A stretch of 31,188 bases of DNA. Origin: a virus (taxonomy: Duplodnaviria; Heunggongvirae; Uroviricota; Caudoviricetes). The stretch spans positions 1 to 31,188 of the IMG/VR virus record IMGVR_UViG_2690316121_000008. One strand, given 5' to 3'. This document shows, in pieces, positions 1 through 8,424 of the stretch (within the stretch, counting starts at the first letter, position 1; each line of letters begins with the position of its first letter). The notes below the pieces were generated by a model, which saw only the letters and a program-made list of their open reading frames with translations, was not told the origin of the DNA and made no database searches. A program made the translations under genes and the position numbers.

Positions 1-1224
1 ATGGCGCTGTCTGATGCGTGGTTGCGTTCAGTCGTTGGAAAGGAACGTGATAAGGTTTTGGTTAAATCCGATCGTGATGGTCTGTCTGTCAGAGTATCAC
101 CGAAAGGTCGCGTAGTGTTCCAATATCGTTATCAATGGGCAGGGAAAGGTGAGCGTCTTGATATCGGAACTTACCCGGCAACTGGATTAAAAGAGGCCAG
201 AGAAGAAGTTATCCGTCTTCGTGGTGAACTCGAGTCAAACCGTAATCCACGATTGGTCAAGCAGGCTGAAAAACGAAAAGCTACTGAAGCCATGACGGTA
301 GAGTCTGTGATCCGTGCTTGGTATGAAGCATATTGTGTAAAAAATAAAAAAGGTTCTGAACAGATACTTCGCTCGTTTGAGCTGCACCTGTTCTCTAAAA
401 TCGGGAATATCCCTCACGATGCAGCTACATTGCATGATTGGTTAGAAGTCCTGGAGCCTCTTAGCACTAAGACTCCAGCAATAGCAGACCGATTGCTAAT
501 TAACGCAAAGCAGGCCCATGTCTGGGCGTATAAGAGAAAGCTCATTGAAACTCGCCCGCTGTCGGATATCACGGGTAAAGATATGGATATCCGTAAAGGT
601 CAGAAGAAACGGTTTCTGACACATGATGAAATTAAAATCCTTTATGCTGCGATCGATGGTTCTCGAATGGTTCCTAAATACCGGGCCTTCATTAAACTAT
701 TGCTGCATTTTGGTTGCCGTAGTTCAGAGCTAATTACCGCCCGGGTGGACGATTTTGATTTCATTAATAAAGTATGGACTGTACCACCAGAACGACATAA
801 GACTGGGGAGATAGCAGGCGAACCGCTAAAGCGGCCCATTATTGAACCGGTTGAAGAGCTTATAAAGTACGCTATTTCTATGAACAATGGTTCCGATATG
901 CTTTTTACTAAGGAAGGAAGCAGGGAACCCGTTGGTCGGACATCATTGCAGTCGCTGCCTTACAATTTAATGCAATACGCATGGCGGCGTTTGGGGTATC
1001 AATTCCCTCATTGGTCTCTTCATGATTTGAGGCGAACAGCACGAACAAACTTTTCTGATCTTACTGCGCCTCATATTGCAGAAATAATGCTGGGTCATAA
1101 ACTGCCAGGGGTATGGCAAGTTTATGACAAGAGCAATTATCTAGAAGAACAGCGTAAAGCCTACCAAGCGTGGTGGGAGAGGGTTGAGGCGATAGTTACT
1201 TGTATTAGCTCATGTTCCCAATGA
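1..1224 (+). CDS. int: Tyrosine recombinase / phage integrase (P4-type, N-terminal arm-binding domain plus C-terminal catalytic domain)
   Basis: 407-aa ORF starting at ATG at base 1; N-terminus resembles the P4-family integrase arm-binding domain; C-terminal region contains HDLRRT and LGH motifs typical of tyrosine recombinases. The attachment site would lie left of the window. Confidence 0.9.
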   Translation: MALSDAWLRSVVGKERDKVLVKSDRDGLSVRVSPKGRVVFQYRYQWAGKGERLDIGTYPATGLKEAREEVIRLRGELESNRNPRLVKQAEKRKATEAMTVESVIRAWYEAYCVKNKKGSEQILRSFELHLFSKIGNIPHDAATLHDWLEVLEPLSTKTPAIADRLLINAKQAHVWAYKRKLIETRPLSDITGKDMDIRKGQKKRFLTHDEIKILYAAIDGSRMVPKYRAFIKLLLHFGCRSSELITARVDDFDFINKVWTVPPERHKTGEIAGEPLKRPIIEPVEELIKYAISMNNGSDMLFTKEGSREPVGRTSLQSLPYNLMQYAWRRLGYQFPHWSLHDLRRTARTNFSDLTAPHIAEIMLGHKLPGVWQVYDKSNYLEEQRKAYQAWWERVEAIVTCISSCSQ

Positions 1225-1318
1225 CATTTTTAGAATCCAGAAATCACAACCAAATCTAACAATCCTATTTGAGTGAGAAGTAGAGGTTAACCTCCGAAAT
1301 ATTGGCGATTTAGGAGAG

Positions 1319-2356
1319 TCATTGGACATTCAGTGCTTTCTCCATCTTTATGTCACTAGCAAGAATTTCTGCCTGCTTTCTCAAAACCGTTAACATAACA
1401 TCTTCTTTATTTTGTACAGCAACTAGTGAATAGAAAGGTTCACTAGTTGTACAGGTCAAACGTAATATACCAAAGTCATCATGGTGAGGTATTAATGCAC
1501 GATAATTCCCATCGGTGATAAACATAAAGCGAGCGTCAGAGTATTCGCTGAGCCACATATACTTATTATTACAAAAGAAAGTATCGCGAGCATCATACAT
1601 TACGGCAAACTTAATACCAAAATTAATGATGGAGTTCGTCTGTATACAAAGTACAATAAGTGAAATGTAACCAATAAGAAATAATGGTGCAAAAAAAGAC
1701 ATAGAATATCTTAAGTTGTCAGATGTTGCTGATTTCCTTTTTTTTATTTTAGGCGATATGTTTGCTAAGTAACTAATGTAAGCGAGGTAAATGGCAAGAT
1801 AGAATGTAAAAATAAAAAATAATGCAAAAACTGCTGTTATGAGTTTGTTTGATGTTGTATCGAAAGGAATATCCAATATATTTGATGTTAGAGAGCGTGC
1901 GTAATAATATGAGATTAATGAGATGATTAACCACGAGTATTTAATTCCGATCTTTGCATCTGTTAGTGGTTTTTTTTCTATTCTATTGAGCAATTTTATG
2001 TGAGATAATATAGTATTTGTGATACACAAAATCGTAGCAAAAATAAGTGCACTAAAAATAGGTATACTGATTTGACTGATAAATTTGAAAGAAATGCATG
2101 TCAGTAAAAATAGCACTGTTGACAATAATGCTGAATTTTGTGTTTTTCTATAGTTTTGGGGGAGGCGAATGACCCGTTGATTAGGTGAATTATTATACCA
2201 GTATTTGTGTATGATGAACCCGCAAAGAACAATCATGCACAACCAAATAACAATGGGGTATAAAGGCGCTTCCTGTGGCATGATGATGAGCACTGCCATC
2301 GAGAATAATAAAGAGTAGATGATGCCAAGATTTAATGAGGGGGGCGTTTTTCTCAT
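1319..2356 (-). CDS. Hypothetical integral membrane protein (about 7 predicted TM helices plus ~100-aa C-terminal soluble domain); AT-rich moron
   Basis: 345-aa ORF, ATG start with AGAAAGG Shine-Dalgarno-like sequence upstream; strongly AT-rich codon usage unlike flanking phage genes; multiple long hydrophobic segments in residues 10-240; convergent with int. Confidence 0.6.
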   Translation of the reverse strand: MRKTPPSLNLGIIYSLLFSMAVLIIMPQEAPLYPIVIWLCMIVLCGFIIHKYWYNNSPNQRVIRLPQNYRKTQNSALLSTVLFLLTCISFKFISQISIPIFSALIFATILCITNTILSHIKLLNRIEKKPLTDAKIGIKYSWLIISLISYYYARSLTSNILDIPFDTTSNKLITAVFALFFIFTFYLAIYLAYISYLANISPKIKKRKSATSDNLRYSMSFFAPLFLIGYISLIVLCIQTNSIINFGIKFAVMYDARDTFFCNNKYMWLSEYSDARFMFITDGNYRALIPHHDDFGILRLTCTTSEPFYSLVAVQNKEDVMLTVLRKQAEILASDIKMEKALNVQ

Positions 2357-2586
2357 CGATAACCTTTCTAATGATGTATGAATCTATTAGGTGTAAAGGC
2401 TTTTATAACAGATGTTAATGACACTCGGAAAGTGATCTTATGTTTGAAAAAACAATTTGTTACATGGTTAAATGATTACACATAATATGTTGTTTATAGC
2501 GTCTGTCTATTTGTGGATACACGCTTGAACATTTCATTTATGACACGGAGCGGATACTCAGATTCGCTTGGGCTCTGTGTCATAAA

Positions 2587-2614
2587 TGAGTCAGCTCATA
2601 TCTGAGCTGACTCA
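2587..2614 (-). terminator. Perfect 12-bp-stem palindrome immediately downstream of the AlpA-like gene; putative terminator or protein-binding site
   Basis: tgagtcagctca-tatc-tgagctgactca, directly after the stop at 2617 on the minus strand, followed on that strand by TTTAT. A second inverted repeat (2540-2550 / 2573-2583) lies adjacent. Confidence 0.4.
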
Positions 2615-2616
2615 CG

Positions 2617-2811
2617 TTACTCAATAATACCTGCAAACCTATAAATCTTTCTTGATGCCCATTTATTTGGACAGGATTTAATATCAGGATCTGGAAAATC
2701 TGGCCTGTATTTTTTGCCAGTCCTCCTGTTTACGCTGTTCCAGCGAAGCACCGTCGATATTGAAACGCCACAGAATTCGGCGACTTGTTTTGTTGTCATT
2801 AAGTTGTTCAT
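2617..2811 (-). CDS. AlpA/Xis-family small HTH DNA-binding protein (putative excisionase or regulator)
   Basis: 64 aa; MTTKQVAEFCGVSISTVLRW helix-turn-helix typical of the AlpA/excisionase (HTH_17-like) family; GGGGAG Shine-Dalgarno 5 nt upstream of ATG. Confidence 0.7.
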   Translation of the reverse strand: MNNLMTTKQVAEFCGVSISTVLRWNSVNRRTGKKYRPDFPDPDIKSCPNKWASRKIYRFAGIIE

Positions 2812-2844
2812 TGCTGCTCCCCTGCGGTTGTACAGTTGAAAGAC

Positions 2845-3381
2845 TCATGCGCATGTGTGTAATTCTAATAACTCGTTAAAACGTTCCATAAACATCCCGT
2901 AGGCATGGCCCGGTGCCAGTGGAATCACGTTGAACATCTCTGTTGCCGGGATGCCTTCCAGTACAGGCCAGAAAGAGCCATCATCAAGCCCGAGATCGCG
3001 GCGTTCGGTTGCCAGCATGATGAGATCGGCATATTTCACGGGTGTACTCATAACTGGGGGTAATCCGTATTTCTCACGGATTACGGCGTCTATTTTTTCT
3101 TCCATCCGTTTATAGTCAGGAAGAAGGCGTTTCAGTGGTGCGGGAATGTCCTGACAATACGCTTCTGTTGCATCATGCATTAACGCTTCAAAAGCAAATT
3201 CCTGCGGCACCAGCTGGCTGCAAAGCACCGCATGTTGGGCGACGCTGTAGAAGTGTGAAAGATGACCGGCAAAGCGACAGATATTTGAAAGGGAAACTGC
3301 GATATCGTTAATCACGATATCGTCTTTATTTATCCTGTCATAATAAAAATGCTTCCCGGAAAAAGTTTTAATAAATGACAT
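2845..3381 (-). CDS. HD-domain phosphohydrolase, YfdR/YfbR-like (5'-deoxynucleotidase family)
   Basis: H...HD metal-binding motifs (SVAQHAVL, LMHDATEAY, DIPAPLKR) matching the YfbR/YfdR HD family; start chosen at internal ATG (MSFIKTF...) preceded by GGAGA, giving 178 aa; the ORF track allows 9 further upstream codons (to 3408). Confidence 0.75.
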   Translation of the reverse strand: MSFIKTFSGKHFYYDRINKDDIVINDIAVSLSNICRFAGHLSHFYSVAQHAVLCSQLVPQEFAFEALMHDATEAYCQDIPAPLKRLLPDYKRMEEKIDAVIREKYGLPPVMSTPVKYADLIMLATERRDLGLDDGSFWPVLEGIPATEMFNVIPLAPGHAYGMFMERFNELLELHTCA

Positions 3382-3508
3382 TTTGTTCTCCACGTATATG
3401 TGCTGCACCGCGCTGAATTCTGGTAAAAGGAAGTCCTCGCCATCCGGCGATTATTGAGTCAATTACGTTTCCATAAATGCCCCCACAGGGGCATTTGTAG
3501 TAATGAAA

Positions 3509-4333
3509 TCAGGCGGTGAAAGTACCAATAAAGGTTTCTACTTTGCTGTCTTTGAATTTCTCAACAAGCAGATCACGAAATTCGTTAGCCATATCTTCCT
3601 GCACCGCTTCCAGCTGAATAATGCGCAGAACCAGTACAGGACGATCGCCAGTGATAATGCTGAGGCGTAATTTAAACGGACGTTCTTTCAGGCCTTCAAA
3701 TGGAACGCATTTAAATTCAAATGCCACTGGCATAATGTCTTTGGTCTTCGCTTCGACAGACTCCATCAGGGAGCGTTTGCCGCTGAAGTCATTATCTTCA
3801 AAATCAGCGGTCTGGTTTGCTTCAATCGTGATTTTACGGACAGCCGCAGCCGCTTTTGTTGCCTGAATAGCGTCACCATTAGCATCAAAGCCCACAAGGT
3901 AGTCGGCCCAGTCTTCAATCCATTCTGCCAGTGACTTCTGAGAATTACGCTCGCCATTAACAGACAACAGAGCAGAGAACGGTGCTGTCTTTTTCAGTTT
4001 GAGAGTGGCGGTGTTATCGGCGTGACCTGGTTCATCAATAGTACCCAGGTTAAGAACACTGACGGCACGCATATTATCAGCATCGATAAAGCAGCGGGTG
4101 CCTTCATCTGCAAGATCTTTAGAATAACAGGTAAAGTCATCGATGCTGGCAGTGGAAAGCGCACCACGGAAACGGAAGCGATTTAAATTAAATTTTTCCA
4201 GATCATGAATGCGGAAATTCTCAGGTAATGCCACTGCGTCGGCACCAATCTTACTGATAATTTCATTAACACCCTGAGCAGAAATAAGGGCATGGATTTG
4301 ATTAATTGCGGTTGCGTCTAAGTTCTGAGACAT
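3509..4333 (-). CDS. YfdQ-like protein (DUF2303 family), function unknown
   Basis: 274-aa ORF with AGGA Shine-Dalgarno; length and position (next to YfdR-like and YfdP-like genes) match the yfdP-yfdQ-yfdR arrangement recalled from the E. coli CPS-53/KplE1 prophage; assignment from memory, not searched. Confidence 0.65.
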   Translation of the reverse strand: MSQNLDATAINQIHALISAQGVNEIISKIGADAVALPENFRIHDLEKFNLNRFRFRGALSTASIDDFTCYSKDLADEGTRCFIDADNMRAVSVLNLGTIDEPGHADNTATLKLKKTAPFSALLSVNGERNSQKSLAEWIEDWADYLVGFDANGDAIQATKAAAAVRKITIEANQTADFEDNDFSGKRSLMESVEAKTKDIMPVAFEFKCVPFEGLKERPFKLRLSIITGDRPVLVLRIIQLEAVQEDMANEFRDLLVEKFKDSKVETFIGTFTA

Positions 4334-4398
4334 AATAAGTCCTCACTATATAAAGATATTCAGTGATGAGATAAATAATCAGTTAATTAAGAACGATA

Positions 4399-4761
4399 TT
4401 AATGACCTGCTGCGCGGAGTTTTCCGTCAGGTTCACCGGCAAGAGTCAGTAATTGTCCCTGGTCTTCCTGCAGAATAGTCAGACGACCACCGCGATTGAC
4501 ATACATCGGCGTTTCGGTGGTGTCTTCTTCGGAAATTTTCCCGCGGTTAGTCGGGCGAACATATGAGAGTTTGTGTTTGATTTTCACACGGCTCTCATCA
4601 AATGGTTCGATTTCCAGGTTGAGTGAGACCTTACCTTTGGTTTTCGTGTTCATCACACCGGAAGCGACTTCACTGAGAACTGCGCCGATTTTGGTTTCAA
4701 ATACGCCGCCGTCCAGCTCCCCGATAAATGCCTGCACATCAGTACTGCGTTCGCTAGCCAT
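4399..4761 (-). CDS. YfdP-like small protein, function unknown
   Basis: 120 aa from ATG at 4761 (MASERSTDVQ...) preceded by GAGGAG; the annotated ORF continues upstream to 4995 without a stop, but that extension lies in a GC-rich structured leader and is probably not coding. Confidence 0.55.
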   Translation of the reverse strand: MASERSTDVQAFIGELDGGVFETKIGAVLSEVASGVMNTKTKGKVSLNLEIEPFDESRVKIKHKLSYVRPTNRGKISEEDTTETPMYVNRGGRLTILQEDQGQLLTLAGEPDGKLRAAGH

Positions 4762-4810
4762 TTTGCTGCTCCTCATCATATCGACCCTGCAAGGTCGGTT
4801 GGTTTCTCCA

Positions 4811-4897
4811 CAAAACAGAGAAGAACACCTGCGGTGACAGCCGCCCGGATGGATTGGGTTATGAGCCCGTCGTCCGGTGATGATCTTCTCTGTTTTG
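4811..4897 (-). promoter_or_regulatory. 14-bp perfect inverted repeat (CAAAACAGAGAAGA / TCTTCTCTGTTTTG) with 59-nt spacer in the 5' leader of the yfdP-like operon
   Basis: Arms at 4811-4824 and 4884-4897 read directly from the sequence; lies ~50 nt upstream of the yfdP-like start in an unusually GC-rich non-coding stretch. Confidence 0.5.
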
Positions 4898-5625
4898 TAA
4901 AAAGAGCGGTACCAGCCGGAAGCAAGTGTACAAACTGGTACCGCCAAAGCAGTGGCTGTTGTGGTGACCGGTGCTGATCTCCGGCTTGCGGTCATTTCAG
5001 ACTCTCACGGGCGTTTAATTGCCCCGCCGAACAGCTCTTTTCCGCAATAGCTGCAATGTCTTTCGCGCATCAGCCTGCGCATTCACCACAACGCTGAGAG
5101 CACTTAGCCAGTTACGGCACCACACTTTGTCGCGGTTCCATAAATGCCCTCATCGTTGCACCCTGGTCTCTTCCCAGGCGTCAAACCGAATCGCCACGCT
5201 GGTTAGGCGTCTTATCAGCATCCTCATTGACTTGCACATTCCGGCTACCTGGTTTGTTTGCCCGAGCAAGGAGTGGATTGTCCCCTTTAACGTCCCCAGA
5301 CCGCTAACGACGCATGTGCCATACGCCGTGTTACAATAAAATATTCGGTATTAGTTACCAAAGAGACGATTACTCTTATGGTTGAATGTAATACCCCTGT
5401 TGAATATTTTCTTGCGTACTATTTGTTTTTCCTATATAACGAATTGGTTGTTTTATTTACATAATAAGAAGTTTTCTTGAATAAGTTTACATTGTTTTGT
5501 CTTGCTATTTTTCAAAATTCAAGAACAATGAATTGTCGCTATCGGTAATTATTCTTTATGAAATTTTATAAATAACTCCCTGCTTTTGAGTTTTGTACGC
5601 AGTGTTTTTAGTTGTCGAGGACATA

Positions 5626-5835
5626 ATGGATAATCAAAATACTCCTGTTTTTGATGTATGTGGTTGGTACTGTGTGCCAGTTAAAGATCATAATTCAGTT
5701 ATAGTTCAACTGTCCTGCAAACAACCACCATTTGAATCTGATAAAATTATCGAAAGTCCAATATATTCTTTTCCCATAAAAGAAATACCAAATCTCATAA
5801 ATACATTACAAAACATTTATGAAGAAAATAATTGA
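5626..5835 (+). CDS. Small AT-rich hypothetical protein (69 aa, four Cys); stand-alone moron
   Basis: ATG preceded by GAGGA at 5 nt; AT-rich upstream region; intrinsic terminator immediately downstream; opposite orientation to both neighbouring operons. Confidence 0.5.
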   Translation: MDNQNTPVFDVCGWYCVPVKDHNSVIVQLSCKQPPFESDKIIESPIYSFPIKEIPNLINTLQNIYEENN

Positions 5836-5859
5836 TTATAAATCCAGTTCAAAAGTGAA

Positions 5860-5881
5860 GCGTCCATTTGGGCGCTTTTTT
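5860..5881 (+). terminator. Rho-independent terminator downstream of the small moron
   Basis: GCGTCC-ATTT-GGGCGC hairpin (one G-U pair) followed by TTTTTT. Confidence 0.55.
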
Positions 5882-5995
5882 ATTTACGAATCATTCCGGT
5901 CTTCGTATGCCCCGGACGGCTACTTCGTGGGCGTCCTGCCTGTTCGATATCTTATATAGGTACATTATGTATCTCAATGGTACATTGTCAAGTAT

Positions 5996-6017
5996 AAAAA
6001 AACCTGCCGAAGCAGGT
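5996..6017 (-). terminator. Rho-independent terminator downstream of the repressor gene (minus strand)
   Basis: ACCTGC-CGAA-GCAGGT hairpin with a run of 7 A on the plus strand (U-run on the minus-strand transcript), 14 nt past the repressor stop. Confidence 0.55.
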
Positions 6018-6030
6018 TCATAGACATTGA

Positions 6031-6705
6031 TCAGGCTTTAATTTTGTATCTTCTTGGTTTTCCTGAGAAAATAACTGTACCAATGATAGAGCAATTACCG
6101 TTTATCTTAATGTAAGGCTCAGGCCAGTTGGGGTTTAATGCTTTGAGATAACGCTGTGTCCCGTCTTCTATCAACCTTTTGAAGGTGGTTTCACCTGTAT
6201 CGTGCATCAATGCAATAACGTCATCGCCGTGGCAGGCTGGTACTTCTGGATCGACAAAAATCATGTCTCCCGGACGGTACTCATCAATCATTGAATCACC
6301 AATCACCCTCAATATATAAGTCATTTCGCCACAGGGTACAGGGCAGGGATACGTTTCTGTTGTGCTCAAATCAACCTCAGAATAGCCAACTTCTTTCCAT
6401 GCTCCGGCCTGTACCCATGATATGACAGGGACTAACGTTATTTGTTTATTAGTGATTGAAACATCAGGTTTTTTTGTGATGTTCGTTGTCTGGTGTTCTT
6501 GATCAAGCCATCCGACAGGCAGGTCGAAACATTTTTCGATGTGCCGTGCCATGCTGTCACCGATATTTTTAGTAGCGCCATCCCCCATAAACCTGCTGGT
6601 CTGGGTAGGCTCGCGATCAATCATGGTGGCAAAGGATGAATTTCCGCCAACACCATCTCTCAGTTTTCTGGCGTTAGACCGCCGGATGTCATGGATTGTT
6701 TTCAT
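6031..6705 (-). CDS. CI-type prophage repressor with C-terminal S24 (LexA-like) autopeptidase domain
   Basis: 224 aa; C-terminal domain aligns by eye with P22 C2 / lambda CI (ISWVQAGAW, GDSM catalytic Ser region, VDPEV, TFKRL, LNPNWP, INGNC); divergent from a Cro-like gene. Confidence 0.9.
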   Translation of the reverse strand: MKTIHDIRRSNARKLRDGVGGNSSFATMIDREPTQTSRFMGDGATKNIGDSMARHIEKCFDLPVGWLDQEHQTTNITKKPDVSITNKQITLVPVISWVQAGAWKEVGYSEVDLSTTETYPCPVPCGEMTYILRVIGDSMIDEYRPGDMIFVDPEVPACHGDDVIALMHDTGETTFKRLIEDGTQRYLKALNPNWPEPYIKINGNCSIIGTVIFSGKPRRYKIKA

Positions 6706-6721
6706 AACGAAATTAAAACCT

Positions 6722-6740
6722 TTGTACCGATAAGGTACAA
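6722..6740. promoter_or_regulatory. Perfect 19-bp palindrome TTGTACC-GATAA-GGTACAA; putative repressor/Cro operator
   Basis: Located in the 90-bp divergent intergenic region between the repressor and cro-like genes; a possible -35 TTGAAG / -10 TAACAT lies just downstream and further GGTACA half-sites occur at 6784-6789. Confidence 0.55.
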
Positions 6741-6795
6741 GTATCTTGAAGGTTCATCTCGATCATGTAACATGTATACTGGAGGTACATGCTGT

Positions 6796-6996
6796 ATGAA
6801 AGCGTATTGGGACTCTTTAACCAAAGAACAGCAGGGCGAGTTGGCCGGAAAAGTTGGCTCAACACCTGGCTACTTACGGCTGGTTTTCAATGGTTATAAA
6901 AAAGCCAGTTTTGTGCTGGCTAAAAAACTTGAGCAATGCACGTCAGGTGCAATTACGAAATCTGACTTAAGACCGGATATCTATCCGAAAGATTAA
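6796..6996 (+). CDS. Cro-like HTH regulator (YdaS-like)
   Basis: 66 aa from ATG 6796; HTH segment and C-terminal LRPDI motif resemble the Rac prophage YdaS family as recalled; divergent from the repressor across the operator. Confidence 0.65.
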   Translation: MKAYWDSLTKEQQGELAGKVGSTPGYLRLVFNGYKKASFVLAKKLEQCTSGAITKSDLRPDIYPKD

Positions 6997-7027
6997 CAGA
7001 ACACCTTCAATTTTTAACCACAGAACG

Positions 7028-7591
7028 ATGAGGCTAACCGTGGGTAAGCATCACTGGAAAGTAGAAAAACAGCCTGAGTGGTACGTGAAAGCTGTCAGAA
7101 AAACTATCGCGGCGTTGCCGGGGGGTTACGCTGAAGCTGCTGAGTGGCTGGATGTAACAGAGAACGCTTTATTCAACCGCCTTCGTGCAGATGGCGATCA
7201 GATTTTCCCGCTGGGATGGGCAATGATTTTACAGCGCGCGGCTGGCACTCACTACATTGCGGATGCTGTCGCACAGTCTGCTGGTGGGGTGTTTGTATCG
7301 CTTCCTGAAATTGAGGAAGTAGAGAACGCCGATATAAACCAGCGCCTGCTGGAAGTCATCGAACAGATCGGGAGTTACTCAAAGCAGATTCGTTCGGCAA
7401 TCGAAGATGGGGTAGTGGAGCCACACGAGCAGACAGCAATTAATGATGAGTTGTATCTGTCAATTTCGAAGCTCCAGGAGCATGCAGCACTGGTCTACAA
7501 AATCTTTTGCGCTCCAGAAAAGAGTAACGCCCGCGAGTGTGCAGCTCCGGGCGTCGTGGCGTTTTGTGTCTGTGGAGAAACTAACGCATGA
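7028..7591 (+). CDS. Putative CII-like / YdaT-like early regulatory protein
   Basis: 187-aa ORF immediately after cro-like gene; probable HTH near the N-terminus (AEAAEWLDVTENALFNRL); family assignment is a guess from position and HTH; alternative GTG start at 7040. Confidence 0.4.
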   Translation: MRLTVGKHHWKVEKQPEWYVKAVRKTIAALPGGYAEAAEWLDVTENALFNRLRADGDQIFPLGWAMILQRAAGTHYIADAVAQSAGGVFVSLPEIEEVENADINQRLLEVIEQIGSYSKQIRSAIEDGVVEPHEQTAINDELYLSISKLQEHAALVYKIFCAPEKSNARECAAPGVVAFCVCGETNA

Positions 7592-8424
7592 ACAGTTTAA
7601 CGGCAAATAACCGTTTGTCGCAACAGCTGGAGGTCAGCGTCGCTGAACACCTGTTGTTACGGCATGAATGCAGATTACCAAATCACCTGGCTGTAAGTAA
7701 CCACAGAGAACTTTACCTGACTGTGGGGGGCGAGTTGTGCAGGAACTTAACCGCTGGTTTCGTGACGGAAGAGGGCGTTATGTCCATGTTATTCGTTGGG
7801 AGCCAGAAACACAGCGCGTTATCTATCTTCGCAAAGACTACACGCATGAGTGCTTTAGTCCTTTGTGGAAATTCAGGCGTGATTTTGTTGAGTGTGAAGG
7901 ACCACCAGCACATTGATTCTGCCATTCCGGGACGTTACACTGTTCAGGCACCTTATAAAGCGGGTGCCGGGATTGGCGTCTTGGAAATGTTATCGGCGAT
8001 ATATGACGCGCCAGCGTCTTTTTTATCGTCTGCGTCTGTGCACACCCAAATTATGGTGGGCTGGACGGGGGCACCGAAAGGTGCGCCGGTTTCCGATAAC
8101 GCCGGTTACGCCAACCCCGTTCAGTTCACCACCAGCGAAATTGGCGTTTCCGGTGGTGAAGGTAATTCACTGTTATCGGAGGCTGCCATCATGGCTACTG
8201 TCCCAGCCCTCTCTCGTCTGAATGATGAAGACTTACATAAACTCAGTTATGTAACAACTGCACTACGTGCTCTGCGCAAGGTAACTCTTTCGGATCCGCA
8301 GGCGCATCAGGTTCTGGTAGAAACCCTTCTTAACTTGCAGGCTGAACGTATCCGTTTGGCGGATAAGGCTAATCTTCATATTCACCGTCTCCTGAATATC
8401 AGCGGAGGGCATCGTCATGCTTAA
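7588..8424 (+). CDS. Hypothetical early-right operon protein (278 aa)
   Basis: ATG overlapping the upstream stop (ATGA), typical translational coupling; no recognisable motifs by eye. Confidence 0.55.
   Translation: MNSLTANNRLSQQLEVSVAEHLLLRHECRLPNHLAVSNHRELYLTVGGELCRNLTAGFVTEEGVMSMLFVGSQKHSALSIFAKTTRMSALVLCGNSGVILLSVKDHQHIDSAIPGRYTVQAPYKAGAGIGVLEMLSAIYDAPASFLSSASVHTQIMVGWTGAPKGAPVSDNAGYANPVQFTTSEIGVSGGEGNSLLSEAAIMATVPALSRLNDEDLHKLSYVTTALRALRKVTLSDPQAHQVLVETLLNLQAERIRLADKANLHIHRLLNISGGHRHA

Noticed and set aside
4762-4995. Upstream extension of the yfdP-like ORF (track gives 198 aa)
   Set aside because: The internal ATG at 4761 has a good GAGGAG ribosome-binding site and gives the expected ~120-aa product; the extension runs through the inverted-repeat leader.
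5019-5339. 106-aa plus-strand ORF in the GC-rich region upstream of the yfdP-like gene
   Set aside because: Arg/Ser/Thr-rich low-complexity translation, no ribosome-binding site, lies in a region better explained as a structured leader; judged non-coding.
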